Assembly (NCBI GenBank): GCA_013239625.1
Contig: MU054338.1
Span: forward strand, 2,792,977-2,856,976
DNA from: Lama guanicoe
Taxonomy: Eukaryota
DNA length: 64,000 nt
Reading direction: 5' to 3'
This document shows positions 35,281 through 48,300 of the stretch, in pieces (within the stretch, counting starts at the first letter, position 1; the number at the start of each line of letters is the position of its first letter). Under the pieces are notes generated by a model. It was not told the origin of the DNA. It did no database searches and worked only from the letters and a program-made list of their open reading frames with translations. Position numbers and translations under genes: made by a program.

Positions 35281-36619
35281 ACTTTTTTTAAAAAAATCAG
35301 GATTACATTTTCATCTGCCCTAGGCTGTGATGTCTATTCCTCCTCCAAGTACTGGCGACCAGGGGGCCTTGGAGATAAGCGGGGAGGGCCTGGTGTTGTT
35401 GGGGACTTTACTGAGTCACCGGAGGAGGGGAATGTGAACCAGGGTCCCCTGTTTAGCCAACTTTTAGATCAGGCAAGAGGGGAAGTGAGTGCAGGGCTGG
35501 GGCCCTGCTGGTCTGGGCAGCTGCCTACCTTGGTCTGGAGAAGACAGTCTGGGCCACTGTCCAAAGAGGGTATGGTGGCCGGCTTCAGACAGGGAAGTGC
35601 CCGTGACCCCCAACCAAGGGGGCCCCAGTAGCCAGGGGTCTGGGAACATTCACTTATCAAAGTCTTTGTGCTTGACCTTCCGCAGAGTGGAGGCTGGCCT
35701 GCCGTGGTCCCATGTGTGGCTGGTGTGTGTGTGTGTGTGGTGTGTGTGTGGTGTGTGTGTGTGGTGTGTGTGTGCGCTGGTGGTGGCAGCTTGTGCCAGA
35801 GAGACACACTCCATGTGCTTGGCTGGGGGTGGTGCGGCGGGCATGGGAGTGGGGCTCACTGCCCTGCAGGAGGGAAGCATGGCCACCCAGGTGGTGCGGG
35901 GGAGAAGGCCTGTCTTTAGGGGACTTGGCACCTGAGGACCCCAGGCTCATCTCTCCCCAAGCCCCCAGCTGGAGGGAAGAGGTGAGGCCCTCCCAGGGAG
36001 GTGGCATCTGCAGGTATGCAGGGCTTGGGGAGCCCCGGAGGGAGCTGTGAAGGAATGTCCTGGGGGAATTTAAGAGGAGGGTGGTGAGCCTCTCAGCCGG
36101 GGCCCAGACCACTCAGACCACCCCGTTACACAGATGCTCAGTCCTATCCTGCTGAGGGCGGGTCTTCCAGCAGAGTGGCAGGAAGGAGGTGGGAGAGGAT
36201 AGGGCGTGGGGGGGTGTGTGTTTGCCCACGCGCATGCACACGAGTGTGTGAAGGGGCCCACCTGGAGTTACCAGTCCCTAGAGGGGGTGGGAGGAAGTTA
36301 GTGTTTCTAAGAGCACCTTAGTGTGAGCCCTTAGTGGGCTGGGCTGGGCTGTGGGGCAGAATTGGTGAGCAGCAGGAAGGAGGAACACTGCCCAGCCCTC
36401 AAGAGGGCCACATGGAGTGGGGAAGGGAGCCCCCCACCACTGGGGTTGGCGCTAGTGTAAACGGGACCTCTGCTGTCCCTCTGGGCTCTGCCTCCTCCCC
36501 TCGGCCCTGGGAGCTGGCCGCCCGCAGGCTGTGAGCACTGCCCTCGCTGCGGGGCCGGTGGCATGCAGAGGTCTGGACGGAGGGGCAGGCAGGCGGGCCG
36601 ACGCGTGGCTCAGGCGTGG

Positions 36620-39600
36620 TCACTGGGGCAGCGGCACCAGCACCTGCACGTAGCTGAGGGGGAAGAAGCCGGACTGGCCGTGCAGCATGCCCTCGTACCA
36701 GTTCTCGTCGATCTGGTTGGTCAGAGTGATGATGTCGCCCTCGTGGAAGCCCAGCTCCCCATCGTTCTCAGGCTCAAAGTCATACAGGGCCTTGCAACTG
36801 GGCTGGTCCAGGGGCGCTGGGGGTAGGGCAGGGGTAAGGTCTGGCTGTCACCTGCCCCCTGCGGGTGTGCAGGGTGACACCACTTCCCCTCCTGCCTGGC
36901 CCCAGTCCGGTCAACTCACTGCTTCTCAGTTTCCCCCAAAGGAGACCCACTCCCTCCTCTCTGGCTCCCCTCAGCTGTCAGAAGGAGTAAGTGACAAGCA
37001 GGGGTTAAAGGGTTCTGTGAGTGGTCACCAAGATGCTCCTGAGAAGAGCTGGGGACGCCTGATAGCATCAGGATGACAGTGACCAGAATTGCATGGTCCT
37101 CAGGGTGCCACTCAGAGCAGAGGGAGGCCCAGGGCCCAGATCCACTCCTACTGGAGATGGGGAGCAGAAAGACCCTTCCAGAGCAGATGAGAAGGCGGCA
37201 TTAAACTGGGGGCAGGGCCTGTGCCTGCGGGGGACACTCACGCATGCTCCTGCTGCTGGGGGTCCGGACAGGCTTGTTGGAAGATCGGAAAGATGAATCT
37301 GCTTGCAGACAAAGCACAGGTGGGCTGAGAACACAGGGTGGGGCCTGGTGCCCACCCCTGGGGGTCCCTCTAGAGAACTCGCCCTGTGGTCTGGATGGAT
37401 GGCAGGTGCCCCTGAAGGGGCCTAGGACACAGCAAACCCCTCCCAATTGTTACCTGAGATTTTGGGAGCCACGGTGCAAGGGAAGCCCCCGTTGGACTGC
37501 TCGGGCTCCCCGAGGTCCAAGGGCTCCCGCGGCCTGGGCTTGTACTCCCGCTTGGGGCGTGAAGAGGCTTCCCGCATCCTGCGTGTGGAAGGAGGCGGGC
37601 GAGCAGTCCTGAGCCCCCATGTGTCAGGGCCAGGGAACCCCCAACTGTTAGTGCTGCCGCCCCAGGACCCAGGGAAGCATTCAGGAATGAGGGGGACACC
37701 AGGGGGATCCTGGGGGAACCCCAGCCATTTCTCCGAGAATGCCGAATGGTTGGGTTCTACTGAATCCTGAAGTGCCCTTGGTGGCGGCGGCCAGGGAACT
37801 GGTGCCCACCAGCCCCCGACTGGGAATCCACTACCAACCAGAGCTTCCCTGTTCAGACCGTGAGTGCTGCCTGACTCCCAGAGAGCCCTCGGAGAGAGGA
37901 CCCCCACGCACCAGTCCTAGACAAACCCTCCCTCAGGACACCTCAAGCCTCTCCTCTAGGGACCATGAGGATGTGGTCTTGCTCCCTCCTGGGACCCCAA
38001 CCCCTACTTGTGCAGCCCGGGGGCCCAACCACACTGCCCTGGACTGAGCTCACAGCAGGGCTGGGCTGTCCGGGGGCAGGGACATCTCACAGGCTCTGAA
38101 GGGCCGGCCCAGGCAGCCACACACCCAGCCTCCTGGCCAGCAGAGAAGGCTGGGGCTCCCATGGGGAAGGCCCGGGTAGGGGGTGGGGGTGGGGCTCACC
38201 TCCGCTTGAGTTTGTCAGCCAGCTCGTCCAGGATCTGCACAGCCTGCCGGTGGTAGTCCAGCTGGGCATCCACCAGGGCAGAGAGCTGACTCACCTGCTC
38301 GATCTGTGAAGGACCAGCCATGGCTGCAGAGCTGCCCTCCTGACACCTATCTCTAGGCCACCCCCGCAGGAAGCCTTCCTAGACTGTTTCGGACACAGGG
38401 GCCCAGCCCCCTCCTGTCCACATGACCCTTGAGCCGCAGCTGGAGGAGGGTTAAAAAGCCAGAAAAGACCCCAAAACCTCAGTGGGCTGGTCACTGCCCT
38501 ACTCTGGCCCTCCTGTCTCCCCCTCCTTTCCTTCTGCCCATCGGCCCCGGGAGGCTGCCACCACAGCTGGGCTCCGTGTTTCAGGGGCTCCTTGGGGTGG
38601 TGGGTGCACGCAGGGAGGCCGTGCACGTACGTCGGTCTCCAGGAGGTTGTGCATGCTGGTCTCAGCCACCTCCTTGGACTCCTCGAACTTCTCCATGGCC
38701 TGGCGCAGCTCCTCGTCGGGGATCTTGCCCTGCCGCTTCTTCTTGTAGTCGAAGTCCAAGCGGCGGCCCTCCAGCTTCTTCAGGTGGTGCTGGGGGGCGG
38801 GGACGAGTGTCACACCACATGCCTGGGGCCTCCAGGAAGGCCGCCCTGATGCCCCGCAGCCCTTTCCACTGGGAAACCCAGGCTGGGCTGCACTGGGGGG
38901 GGGGGCGTGAATGTGGCCGGGAGCAGCCCAGCGTACCTGGATCTCCTTCAGGTCCTTGTCACACAGGTTCTGGAGGGGGTCAATGAAGTTCTGCTTGACC
39001 TCTATGTCCAGGGAGTCCTTCACCTCAGCGAGGCGCTTCATGGACTCCCCGGCATCCAGCAGGGCGTCGCCTGGAGAGAGGAGGGGTCGGGGAGGAAGCC
39101 GTCACAGGAGGCCTTGGCCTATGGGGCTGAGACACACCCCATAGCCAAGGTCCTGAATGCTAGAACTAAGAACAAAAAAGGGACCCTGAGCCATAGCAGC
39201 CGGGTGCTCACTCCTGCTGGTGGTACAGATACTCCGGTCCCCCTCTCTCCGCCCCTGCCCCTCCCTCGGCCTCACCGAAGTTGGACTCGCCGCCCAGCTC
39301 CTTCCCGTGGCGGATCATGCACTCGCCCAGCAGGCCCTCCGACTGCGGGTAGCCGGGGTTCTTCACCTGCCCGCGGATCTTAGACACCGTGTTGAGCATC
39401 GTCAGCTTGGCCCGAGAGGCTGGAATGGGATGGGCCGGGTGGGCGTGAGGGTGGTCTCTCGAGGAGTCGCCAGGCCTGCCCTCAGCCAGCACCGCGGGCT
39501 GACCCCCTTTGCCCACACGCCCGTTTATCTCTAAAGCACTGCCTTGACCCAAGGAACCAGAATGTGGGAAGGGCCTCCCAGGCAGACTCGCCTCCTCTGC

Positions 39601-40709
39601 TCTTGTCCTCATGAAGGAGCACGAGCAGTGAGCAGGGGAGGGGGCCAGCTCCCAGTCACCCCCCGGGCCCCTTGCTCTGGGCACGGCTCTGACTGAGGAG
39701 CTACCCTCCAGCCTCTGGGGAAGCCGTGCTTGCACCTCTGCCAGATCTAGCCTGTCCCAGCACAGGCCTCGGGTGGACACAGCTGCTGCTGCCGCGTGTC
39801 CTGAATTTGTTGACTTTCACTACAGGGACCAGCATGTGGATTTTCCTCCTTCTCAGCCTAGGAGACCCCCACCTCGTGCTCCAAAGGCGGGCATGTGGCT
39901 GGGGCCTGGCATGCTGGGGATGGGCACCCAATACAAATTGGTACAATGAGTAGGGAGGGGTGAGAAAGATCTCTTTTCTGCTGGGATTGTTAGCTGTAAG
40001 GGTGATTTAAGGCTAGGACTGCCATGAGGAATGAGAGCTGACACATGACACAGAAAGGAAATGCATGACCCAGAGAACAGCTTTTGGATGCCTAGATCCA
40101 GCCATGCCTGAACTTCCCTACCCCTGGGCATTTCAGTTCTGTGGGCCTATACATTCCTTCTTCCTGCTCTGGTAACTGGAAGATTCCTGACAGCAAAGAC
40201 CTAAGGAGTTGTGGGCAGACCCCCTTGCAGCTAGCGGGCACCCCTACCTGGGTTGGGCTGCAGGTACTCGATGGTTCTGGCCAACACTTCTGTCACAGCC
40301 TTGCTGGTAACATCCACCTTCTGTAAAGAGAGGCCATGTGTGAGGTTTCAAAATCACCACAAGCCCCAGGACAGCCCTTGCCCTGCTCCCTATTCCCTGC
40401 CTGCCTCAGAGCCCACCCAAGAACCACCCGCTGCTTCTGGGGGCTGCTGGCCTCCCCTCCTTGTTGTTGGCTGTGCTGTGCCTCCACTGCTACCTGCCCA
40501 GGGCTGGGGGAGGCCTGCAAGCCACCCAGGCCCTCCCAGTAAGCCTCACCTCCCCCACACACCCCACCCCCAGCTGTCAAAGCCAGGCCCCATGGTGGGC
40601 GGTAACTGCCAGGTGTCAGACAGGCATCATCTCCCGTTACCTTCTCCATCTCTTTGAAGTCATCGTCAAGCTTGGTCCCTTCAGCCCCTCCAACCTTCTC
40701 ACTGACCAG
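36620..40709 (-). CDS. SH3GL1: SH3GL1 / endophilin-A2 (N-BAR + SH3), coding exons 2-10; exon 1 not in window
   Basis: Exons 40709-40641, 40320-40248, 39419-39276, 39070-38937, 38789-38631, 38303-38200, 37578-37454, 37298-37242, 36816-36620. Translation [23 protein letters not shown]...[22 protein letters not shown]...VLVPLPQ*. I did not find an MSVAGLKKQF-type exon in 40710-64000. Confidence 0.97.
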
Positions 40710-43700
40710 CTGGGGGACAGAAAGAGAGAGGAGTGTGAGCCTCAGAGAAGGAGACTCCAGGATGCCTTTTCACCCTGTCCACTGCAGGCGGGAGGAGGGC
40801 GAGGGCTCAGAACAGCCACAATGGCTTCTCAGGGATGCTGAACCTGGTACCAATGGCCAAACGGGGTCAACTGAGGCCCCCGTTCTAAATCCACACACTC
40901 CTTCAAACCCAGGGCAGGGGGCTCCTGTTGGAAGCCTTGCCTGGCCGTGCCCACCTCATAAGGCTGCAGAGCCCAAGAGTGTCCCCCACCATTACAGGGC
41001 TGAGGTGCCCATGCCTGGATGGCAGTGCCATGGTTTGGCTCTGGACAAGGCGCCCAGGCTCACCGAAGCCCCTTCACTCAGGGAACCGCACAACTCCTCT
41101 TCCCACTGACACTCTGCCTCTCTGGGAAGGAGTCTCAAGGACCATGGCTCTGCATTCCCCAGGGGCAGGTCCCAAGGCTGAACAAACATGGGGACCACGG
41201 TGTCGGACAAGCACCAAGCAGGAGGGAAAGACCTGCCCCACACAGGCCAACTGTCCTGCTACCCGGAAGTCACTTGTGAATGTGTGCATGCGTGCACACA
41301 CACTCACGCAATTTCCTGGTGGCCAGCAGCCATCTCTGCCCACCCATCAGGGCCACTGAAGGGCTCCTGAGAGCACTGAGGGGCCACCAGCCAGCAGGAG
41401 TGCTCAGACCACTGCCGTTTGACGACTGATCCACCACCCTCTGCCTGTGTGATTGTGGGCAACTGGCTTCACTGGGCCTCAATTGTTGCCTCTGTAAAAT
41501 GGGGTGACAGGTGAGCACCCACAGAGCTGTAGCCAGGCTTTCGTGGGCTGCTGTATGCGAATGTGAGCTCAGGGCTACATCTGGCACACGGTAAGCACCA
41601 GACACTCATACTGCCCACACCAACGGCCGCTGTTACTCTCCCCACGCATCTTGTCCCTCCAAGGGGACTGCAGGGCAGGCCTAGCCTGTGGGTCTTAATC
41701 CCCACATCCCCCTGCCTGGGGTCAAGAGGGGACGGGGCCTCGTGCCCCGGCAGGTCAGTGTTCTCACTGTGGCTGCAGCCCAGGAGTCCAGGAGGGGATG
41801 GGGCACAGGAGGAAGCAGGGCTGCTCAGGGCCTGCACCACCGCACACAACCTCTGGGGGATCCTCCAAGGGCAGGCAGGGACTTCCCTCCTGTTTCTGAC
41901 TTTATAAGGAAAAACCCTGGTCTCTCCTAGACCTTTTTGGGGTGTTCCATTTTATTTCATGGGACAGTTTCACTTCTTTTGATTACGGTAAAACAGGACG
42001 TTCAGTGGTTGTCAGAGAGGGAAATGAGTTCGCTGCCTGCCGTGAGACAAGGCTCTTCTGGTGAACAGAGAGGGCAGCTGGAGCACCGGTGCTCAAAAAC
42101 CACACCTTCCGGGCCAGACACCCTGCTCAGCGTAGGGGTCACGGGCACTCCCAGGGAGCAGCCCCTGCTGGCCAGATCACGTCCTTCCTCTGTAGGGAGA
42201 GGGCATGGGCAGACCGCACAGCCTCTTCCAGGCCCCCCAGGAGTGTCACCTCTCTGTCTCCCTTGGAGCCCTGACACCTCCACAGGCAGCTCCATGTGGG
42301 GCCATCCTTGCTCTGGCACCTGGGGGGCCACACTGGGAACATCTGGGCCCCTACCAGTCTCCTTGCCCCACCCCCACCCAGGAACTCAGCGCTCTAGTCC
42401 CCCTCAACTGACCGTCACCCCACCTCCCTTCTCTCCAAGGCTCAAATCGTTGGAACTGGCACCCGTGGATGAAAGGATGACAAAAGGCCAAACGGGTAAA
42501 GTGGGGAAAAAACAAGCTACATGCCAACCACAGTAAGAGCATCGGAGGAGGGACGCAGTGATGAGGGCGGGGCTCCCCGGGAGGGGCAGGCAGGGCCCCG
42601 GGGAGGGGCTGGGGATTTGTGGCACAGCTGGGAGCCACACGGGTTCCCAGGAGACTCCACAGGCAGGACACTGCTTGGTGAGGCCAGAGGGTGGGGGTGC
42701 CCTGTCTGTGGAGGGGGGGGTCAGGACCCCGACACGCAGTCCTGCTCAAGGACCTTGCACACAACTTTTCAGGCCCGACAAGAGCAACGGAGCCATGGTG
42801 GAAGGAACACCTCTGTGTGTACAGTCTGCACCCCAACTCCCCACAATCTCATGGTGCTCCTACGCTGCGTGAGAGTAAACTGAGGCACCACCCTGGCAGG
42901 GGCCTGGCAGGCTGAGAACTGACGCCCACTCTTCTCTCTGCATCTACTGAGCGGCCGCAGACCCCTGTGCCCCTAACTCCCCAGGGCTCACAGTGCCGAG
43001 CGGCTTCAGGAGAGGCCGCACACAGCCGGCCTCAGATCTTTGCGAGGCTGCTCTTGGCCTCTCAGAGCCTGGCCTGGCCCTCCACGCCAGCACACCTGGC
43101 TTCGTTTCCACCTCGGAGCGGCGAGGACCCCAGGAGGCGCTCAGTGACCGTGTGTCTCACAAAGGCCCAGATCGGGGTCCTTTCCAGGGAGGCCGGGCAC
43201 CTGTCTATCACAGGGTCCACAGGTGGTTCTGAGACCAGCCGCAGGTGACTGCTGAGTGCCGCTCTGTGACACATCCGAGTGCTCACCTTCCTGTGTCTGT
43301 CCTTTGTGACTACGGCTCTATCGTGGTATTGCTAGCTTGTCACCGGACGCAGAGGGGAGCGCGCACTTCATTGCGCTTTTGAGGCAGCACACCTCTGGCC
43401 CCGCAGGGGGCTCCCTCTGCTGCCCCTCCCTCAAGCAGGGCCTCTCCGGGAGGCCACACAGGGGACTCACACCGTAGGTCTGGTTTCACCGGTGATTCCC
43501 CTGTATTATTCTAACCTCTAACCAGGGCACGAGGGAAGAGCGTGCCCTGCCCTCAATCCAGGCTGCAGTACCTCCAGGTTGGGAGGGGGCCACAACTCCA
43601 AGTCCCCCAAGTTCACACTGTAGCTTAGACTGTACAGGTGCTCACTGCCGGTAAGGGGGTGAAAGGACCCCCACACCGCGTGCTTCCCCGAGTGTCGACC

Positions 43701-45072
43701 CACTCGGGCTGCTCCCCAAGGGTGGCCTGGGCCCAGCTCCCACGTGGACACTGAACAGTCCTACTTACAGCAACACACCCGCAGGTGACTGTGACAGGCA
43801 GACAGCGGCCTATTTCAGGCTCTCCCACTGATGCGTAGTGGAGCCACATGTCTGATGATGGCACTTGTCCCAGGCACCTGGGGAATGAGCGAGCCTGGAA
43901 CGGAGGTGGGTCTTCATCCCTGAGCACCTGCATGACCTCTACCCACACGTGCAGCTCGTGGGCACTGATGATAAAGATCAGTAGGAGGAGGGGGCTGCTC
44001 TCTCAAAGATGGCGCTCGTCAGCATTCTAGACCTTTGGCCATCTTGAGAGAGGAGCTAGGAGTCTGACACGTGGGACAGAAAGAGAACACGCAGTGGAAC
44101 AATCCACAAACAGAAGAGCTGTGCACCAAGAGCAGGCAGGGCGGCAGCCCCTCTGGGAGGGGTGGGGGATAGACGGTGGCCCCGCACTGGACAGGCACGT
44201 CTGCAGGGCCGTGCCGGGGCAGCTGCAGGAGCAGCCTGAATCCTGCTAAGTGGGACACACCGATGAGAGGCCGTGTAATTGAATCATCGCGGCAGGGAAA
44301 CCTGATCAATATGACACGGAAAATAAACAGCCAATTTGCAGGCTTGGTGACCTGGGTGGAGGATTGGCTTTGATGAATTAAGAGTTTAAGAGAAAAAAAT
44401 GTAGCAGGAAGCAGCTGGCACAGAGCAGCCAGGAGTGGAGAGAAAAGCCAGGCCGCCTGGAGCCTCGTGGTCCGAGATGGATGCTCTGCACGTCCTGCTC
44501 AGCATCCTCGTGCCTCGTTCAGCGGTTACACTCTGGGTGGCCACTTGCTGTGCTCCATGACCAGCTCCCAGCTTAACAGCGAGGTCCCCTGTCATCTCCT
44601 GGCTTCCCCTCCCGCCCTCTGCCTGGCTTACTTCTCCCTGCCTGCCTGTGATTGCTAGGGTGAAACTTCCCACCCTGCACTACAGAGCAGCCCCCTCATC
44701 TCCCTCCCTCCTTGGCAGTGAGGGCCAAGCCCAGGGCTAGGCTTAGCGGGGAGAAGCCCCTCATGGGCACTGGCTGACAGGTGGGAACAAAAGGCATGGA
44801 GAAGGCAATGGAGACACAGGCCCAGGGGTGAAAGTGCCTCAGGGGTCCAGGCCCAGCCACCCTGGTTCATGGTCCTGCACGAACCATCCTCAGGTCTGTG
44901 CCAGTGAATGGCCACCGCCCCCCTGCTGAGGTGTTGTGACCCAAGGCTCCTGGGTGTGAGCACTTCTGACCCCCATCAGCAACCGCTGTCAAGGGAGGCC
45001 CGCTAGCCCACTGTCATGTCAGAAGCTGTCCTGGTCTGTCTGGCTGTCTGATGAGAGATAAGTCAGACAGAA

Positions 45073-45362
45073 ACAAATTTATACTGTACAGCACAGAGAA
45101 CCATATTCAGTACCTCACAGTAAGTTGTGATGAAAAAGAATATGAAAATGAATATATGTATGTTCCTATAAGACTGAAGTATTATGCTGTACCCCAGAAA
45201 TTGACACCAAACTGCGAACTGACTATACTTCAATAAAAATATATTAAAAAAAAAAAAAAGAAGGCAGGGACAACCNNNNNNNNNNNNNNNNNNNNNNNNN
45301 NNNNNNNNNNNNNNNNNAACTGACTATACTTCAATAAAAATATATTAAAAAAAAAAAAAAAG
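45073..45362 (+). mobile_element. 5'-truncated lineage-specific L1 spanning an N gap
   Basis: L1 3'UTR ending ...AACTGACTATACTTCAATAAAAATATATT plus poly-A; TSD AAGTCAGA[C/G]AGAA at 45060-45072 and 45363-45375. Confidence 0.8.
45276..45317. other. Assembly gap (N run)
   Basis: 42 N characters, with a near-identical 47-48 nt sequence on both sides. Confidence 0.98.
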
Positions 45363-48300
45363 AAGTCAGAGAGAACAGCAACTTGGAGGGCGACAGTAGT
45401 AAGAGCTACAAGGGAGGTTCCAACACACCAAACGGCAGCGGGACTGGCTCCCGGAGCTGCAGAGCCCAGTGCTGTCTGAGCCGGACCCCACAGGGCAGGG
45501 TTCCAGCAGGCAGAGCTGGCCAGGCAGGCAGGCGGTGTTCTGGGTGAGACGCGGGTTCAGGACACAAGAGCTGCCATTCCTGGTCCACCGGATGTGCCAG
45601 GCACAGTGTGGGCGCTTCCCACACATCCTGCCACCGATTGTCACCTCTATGCAATGATGACGCAGGGAGGGACCGGTGTGCCCATTTTACAGATGAGGAG
45701 ACCCAGGGAGGAACTGGGGGCTGTGCCCAGAGCTGTTCGACTGGCTGGTCCTGGAGAACTGGACAGTAAGGGAAGGGTGACGCCCGGCGCCTGCGCAGGG
45801 CCTGGCCAGAAGGGTGGGGGATACCGAGGGCCGTGAGGAGGCAGACTGCCCATAAGCAGGACGCCCAGACATGGGAGGTCCCCAGAGGCAACTGTGATGA
45901 TCACAGGCAGGGCTGAGAAATTCCTGAACAGGGATGACAGCCCAGGGATGGGAGGGACAGACATAGGGATGGATGCATTGCTTCTAAATCCCTTCCAACT
46001 GTGACTCCCCTCCCTGCTGGCCTCCGAAGATCTGGGAGCTGCTTGCCAACATTTCAGAGCAGCCCCTTCTAGTTTCCATTGAGGTCTTCTGTCTCGTGAC
46101 TGAGAGAGCCCAGGTCATGGGCAGAGCCCAGGCTGGTCTGCTGTGTGGCCGATACACGAAGACGCTGGCCTCTTCACGTCTCCTTTCTCTGCTTGCACTC
46201 CGTGCCCCCAACTCAGACATACTGGCAGAGACATCACAGGGTATGCTCTTTGGTTAACTGGACACTCTTTCTGGAAAGGCGAGCTAAGGGCACTTCTGGG
46301 GAGGTAATGTATGCAATATACCCGCCCTGAAGCCTCCTGCTTTAAACATGTCTGTCCCTGCCCGGAAACCTCCAATGGCCCCTATGTTAGGACGATTTCC
46401 AAAGCCTGGGCCCTTGTGAGTTCCTTGAGTATGAAATGCTTGCTGACAGGGGTGGCGCTCTGATTCCAGGGGCGGGGTGCTCCCACGTGGCTGAAAGTAA
46501 AGGCCACGAGGCGTGGGGGCTGGACTGCCGCCCTGAGGAGTGAGGTGCCACCAAAGTAAAGGCCACTAGAAACACCATTTGTACAGAAATGTACCTTCAT
46601 ACCAGACCAGGAGGAATCAGGGTAGAAATAAACTCCTTAGCCCAAGGAGATGGTCCAGTGGGAAGCCTGAGGGCTCTGGCAGCAGGGGAGACCTCATCTG
46701 TCATAGGTCTTTTGTAAATATTTGTGAGCTGACGGAGAGTAAGTCACATCCCCTTTGTTAAGCCCCACAGAGGGAAGTGTCCTGACAAGTCAGCAATTCC
46801 TTCTGTGTACCAGGAATTCTGAAATTTGCTGGTGCCCTTCATGCCTCCAGGCACATACTTCCTCTCCTCCTAGGGATCAAAGCTAAACTCTTTTTTAAAA
46901 GCAGCCTTGTAAACAGAAGCAGTGGGAATGATCAAGCAGGAAAGGCCTCTGAAGCTACTTTTCCTGTGGAAACCTCAAACCGGGCACCACAACCATCAGA
47001 TTCGGCCCCAAGGGGCAGACACGGACGCACAAATGCCCTCTGTGTGGCATGCCTGGAGTTTATCTGGGACTTACTTCTGGCAGCAAGAGGGCACTGTCTT
47101 TGAAGCCTGAGGCGTTCTCTCAGTAGAAGGGGTGGCACCTCAGGCCTAGGGCTGGCAGCTGAGATACTGGCTCAGAAGCAGAACCCCTCAGGTCCCCGAG
47201 ACTGCAGACAAGTCAGCGTAGGGTCTCCCAGCTAGGAGCGGCGGGGGTGGCGTGCTGCTGTGGAGAGGAGCCTGGCCTAGCCTGGGGACCTTGGTCAGAC
47301 CTGGCCTCTCACAGTCCGAACGCCTCCGGGTGTCCCGCCCCTCTCAGGACTGCTTGGCTTGGGAGCAGGGCCCCGGGCTAGAGTGGTGGGCAGTGAGCGG
47401 AATGGCACGTGAGTCCCAGCAGCCGCTCCCCAGCCTGGCACATGCTTCTGAAATGGGAGGGGGAAACCCTCACATGAGAAAAGTCCTCTCAAAGTCGCAC
47501 CTGGCTTAATCCAAGTCTGGGCTGCTCACGGCATGGCACGGGCACCGGGAGCAAAGCAGGGACCAGCTGTCGGGAGGAAATGACTGGAGAAGGTGGTGCC
47601 GGCAGATAGGGAGGATCGCTCAGTGACTGCTCAGGCAGTGGCCAGCCAGAGGACAGACTCCCGACATGGAACAGGGGTGCAGCTGAGGTCTCATCCCGAA
47701 GCACTGACCTCCGCTTCTGCAGGCTGTGCGGAATCTCGGTACCGGCACCCAGAGGCCCCTTGAGGGCAGACACCCAGAGAGCTGCCCCTTCTGCCCCGGG
47801 CTGACGACAAAGTCACCAGACCTCCCGCCGCCGCCATCACACTGCTTTCCTGATGGAGCCTCAGGCCGTGCCACTGGCTTTAAGTGCCCCTATCTGTCAC
47901 GAAGGTCCCTGTGTACCCCCGGAAGCCTCTCCACTTGCCTGAACCAGGCCTGCCCCACCCTGGCTCGGACTCTCTCACTTCTCCCGGGAACCCCTCCACA
48001 CTGGCCTCCCCTCCCCGGGCTCTGCCCAGCCTCCAGCCCACGGCAGCCTCCGCAGGCTGAGTCCAGAATCCTCTGTGCGTCAGGGCCCATTGCCCTGCAA
48101 TCTCGGGACTGCTCCTCTCCTCCCCTGCGGGTCAGCCCTGCACTGGCCTAATTCCTGCCTGACTTCCTCTTGTTCTCCCTCACCTGCCGGCCACACATCC
48201 TATGCTCTCCTCCTGTAGCTGATGGCAAGCTCCCAGGGCGCAGGGACCCCGTGTGTCTTGCTCTTCCATCACCCAACACAGTGCATCTGACCAATAGCCC

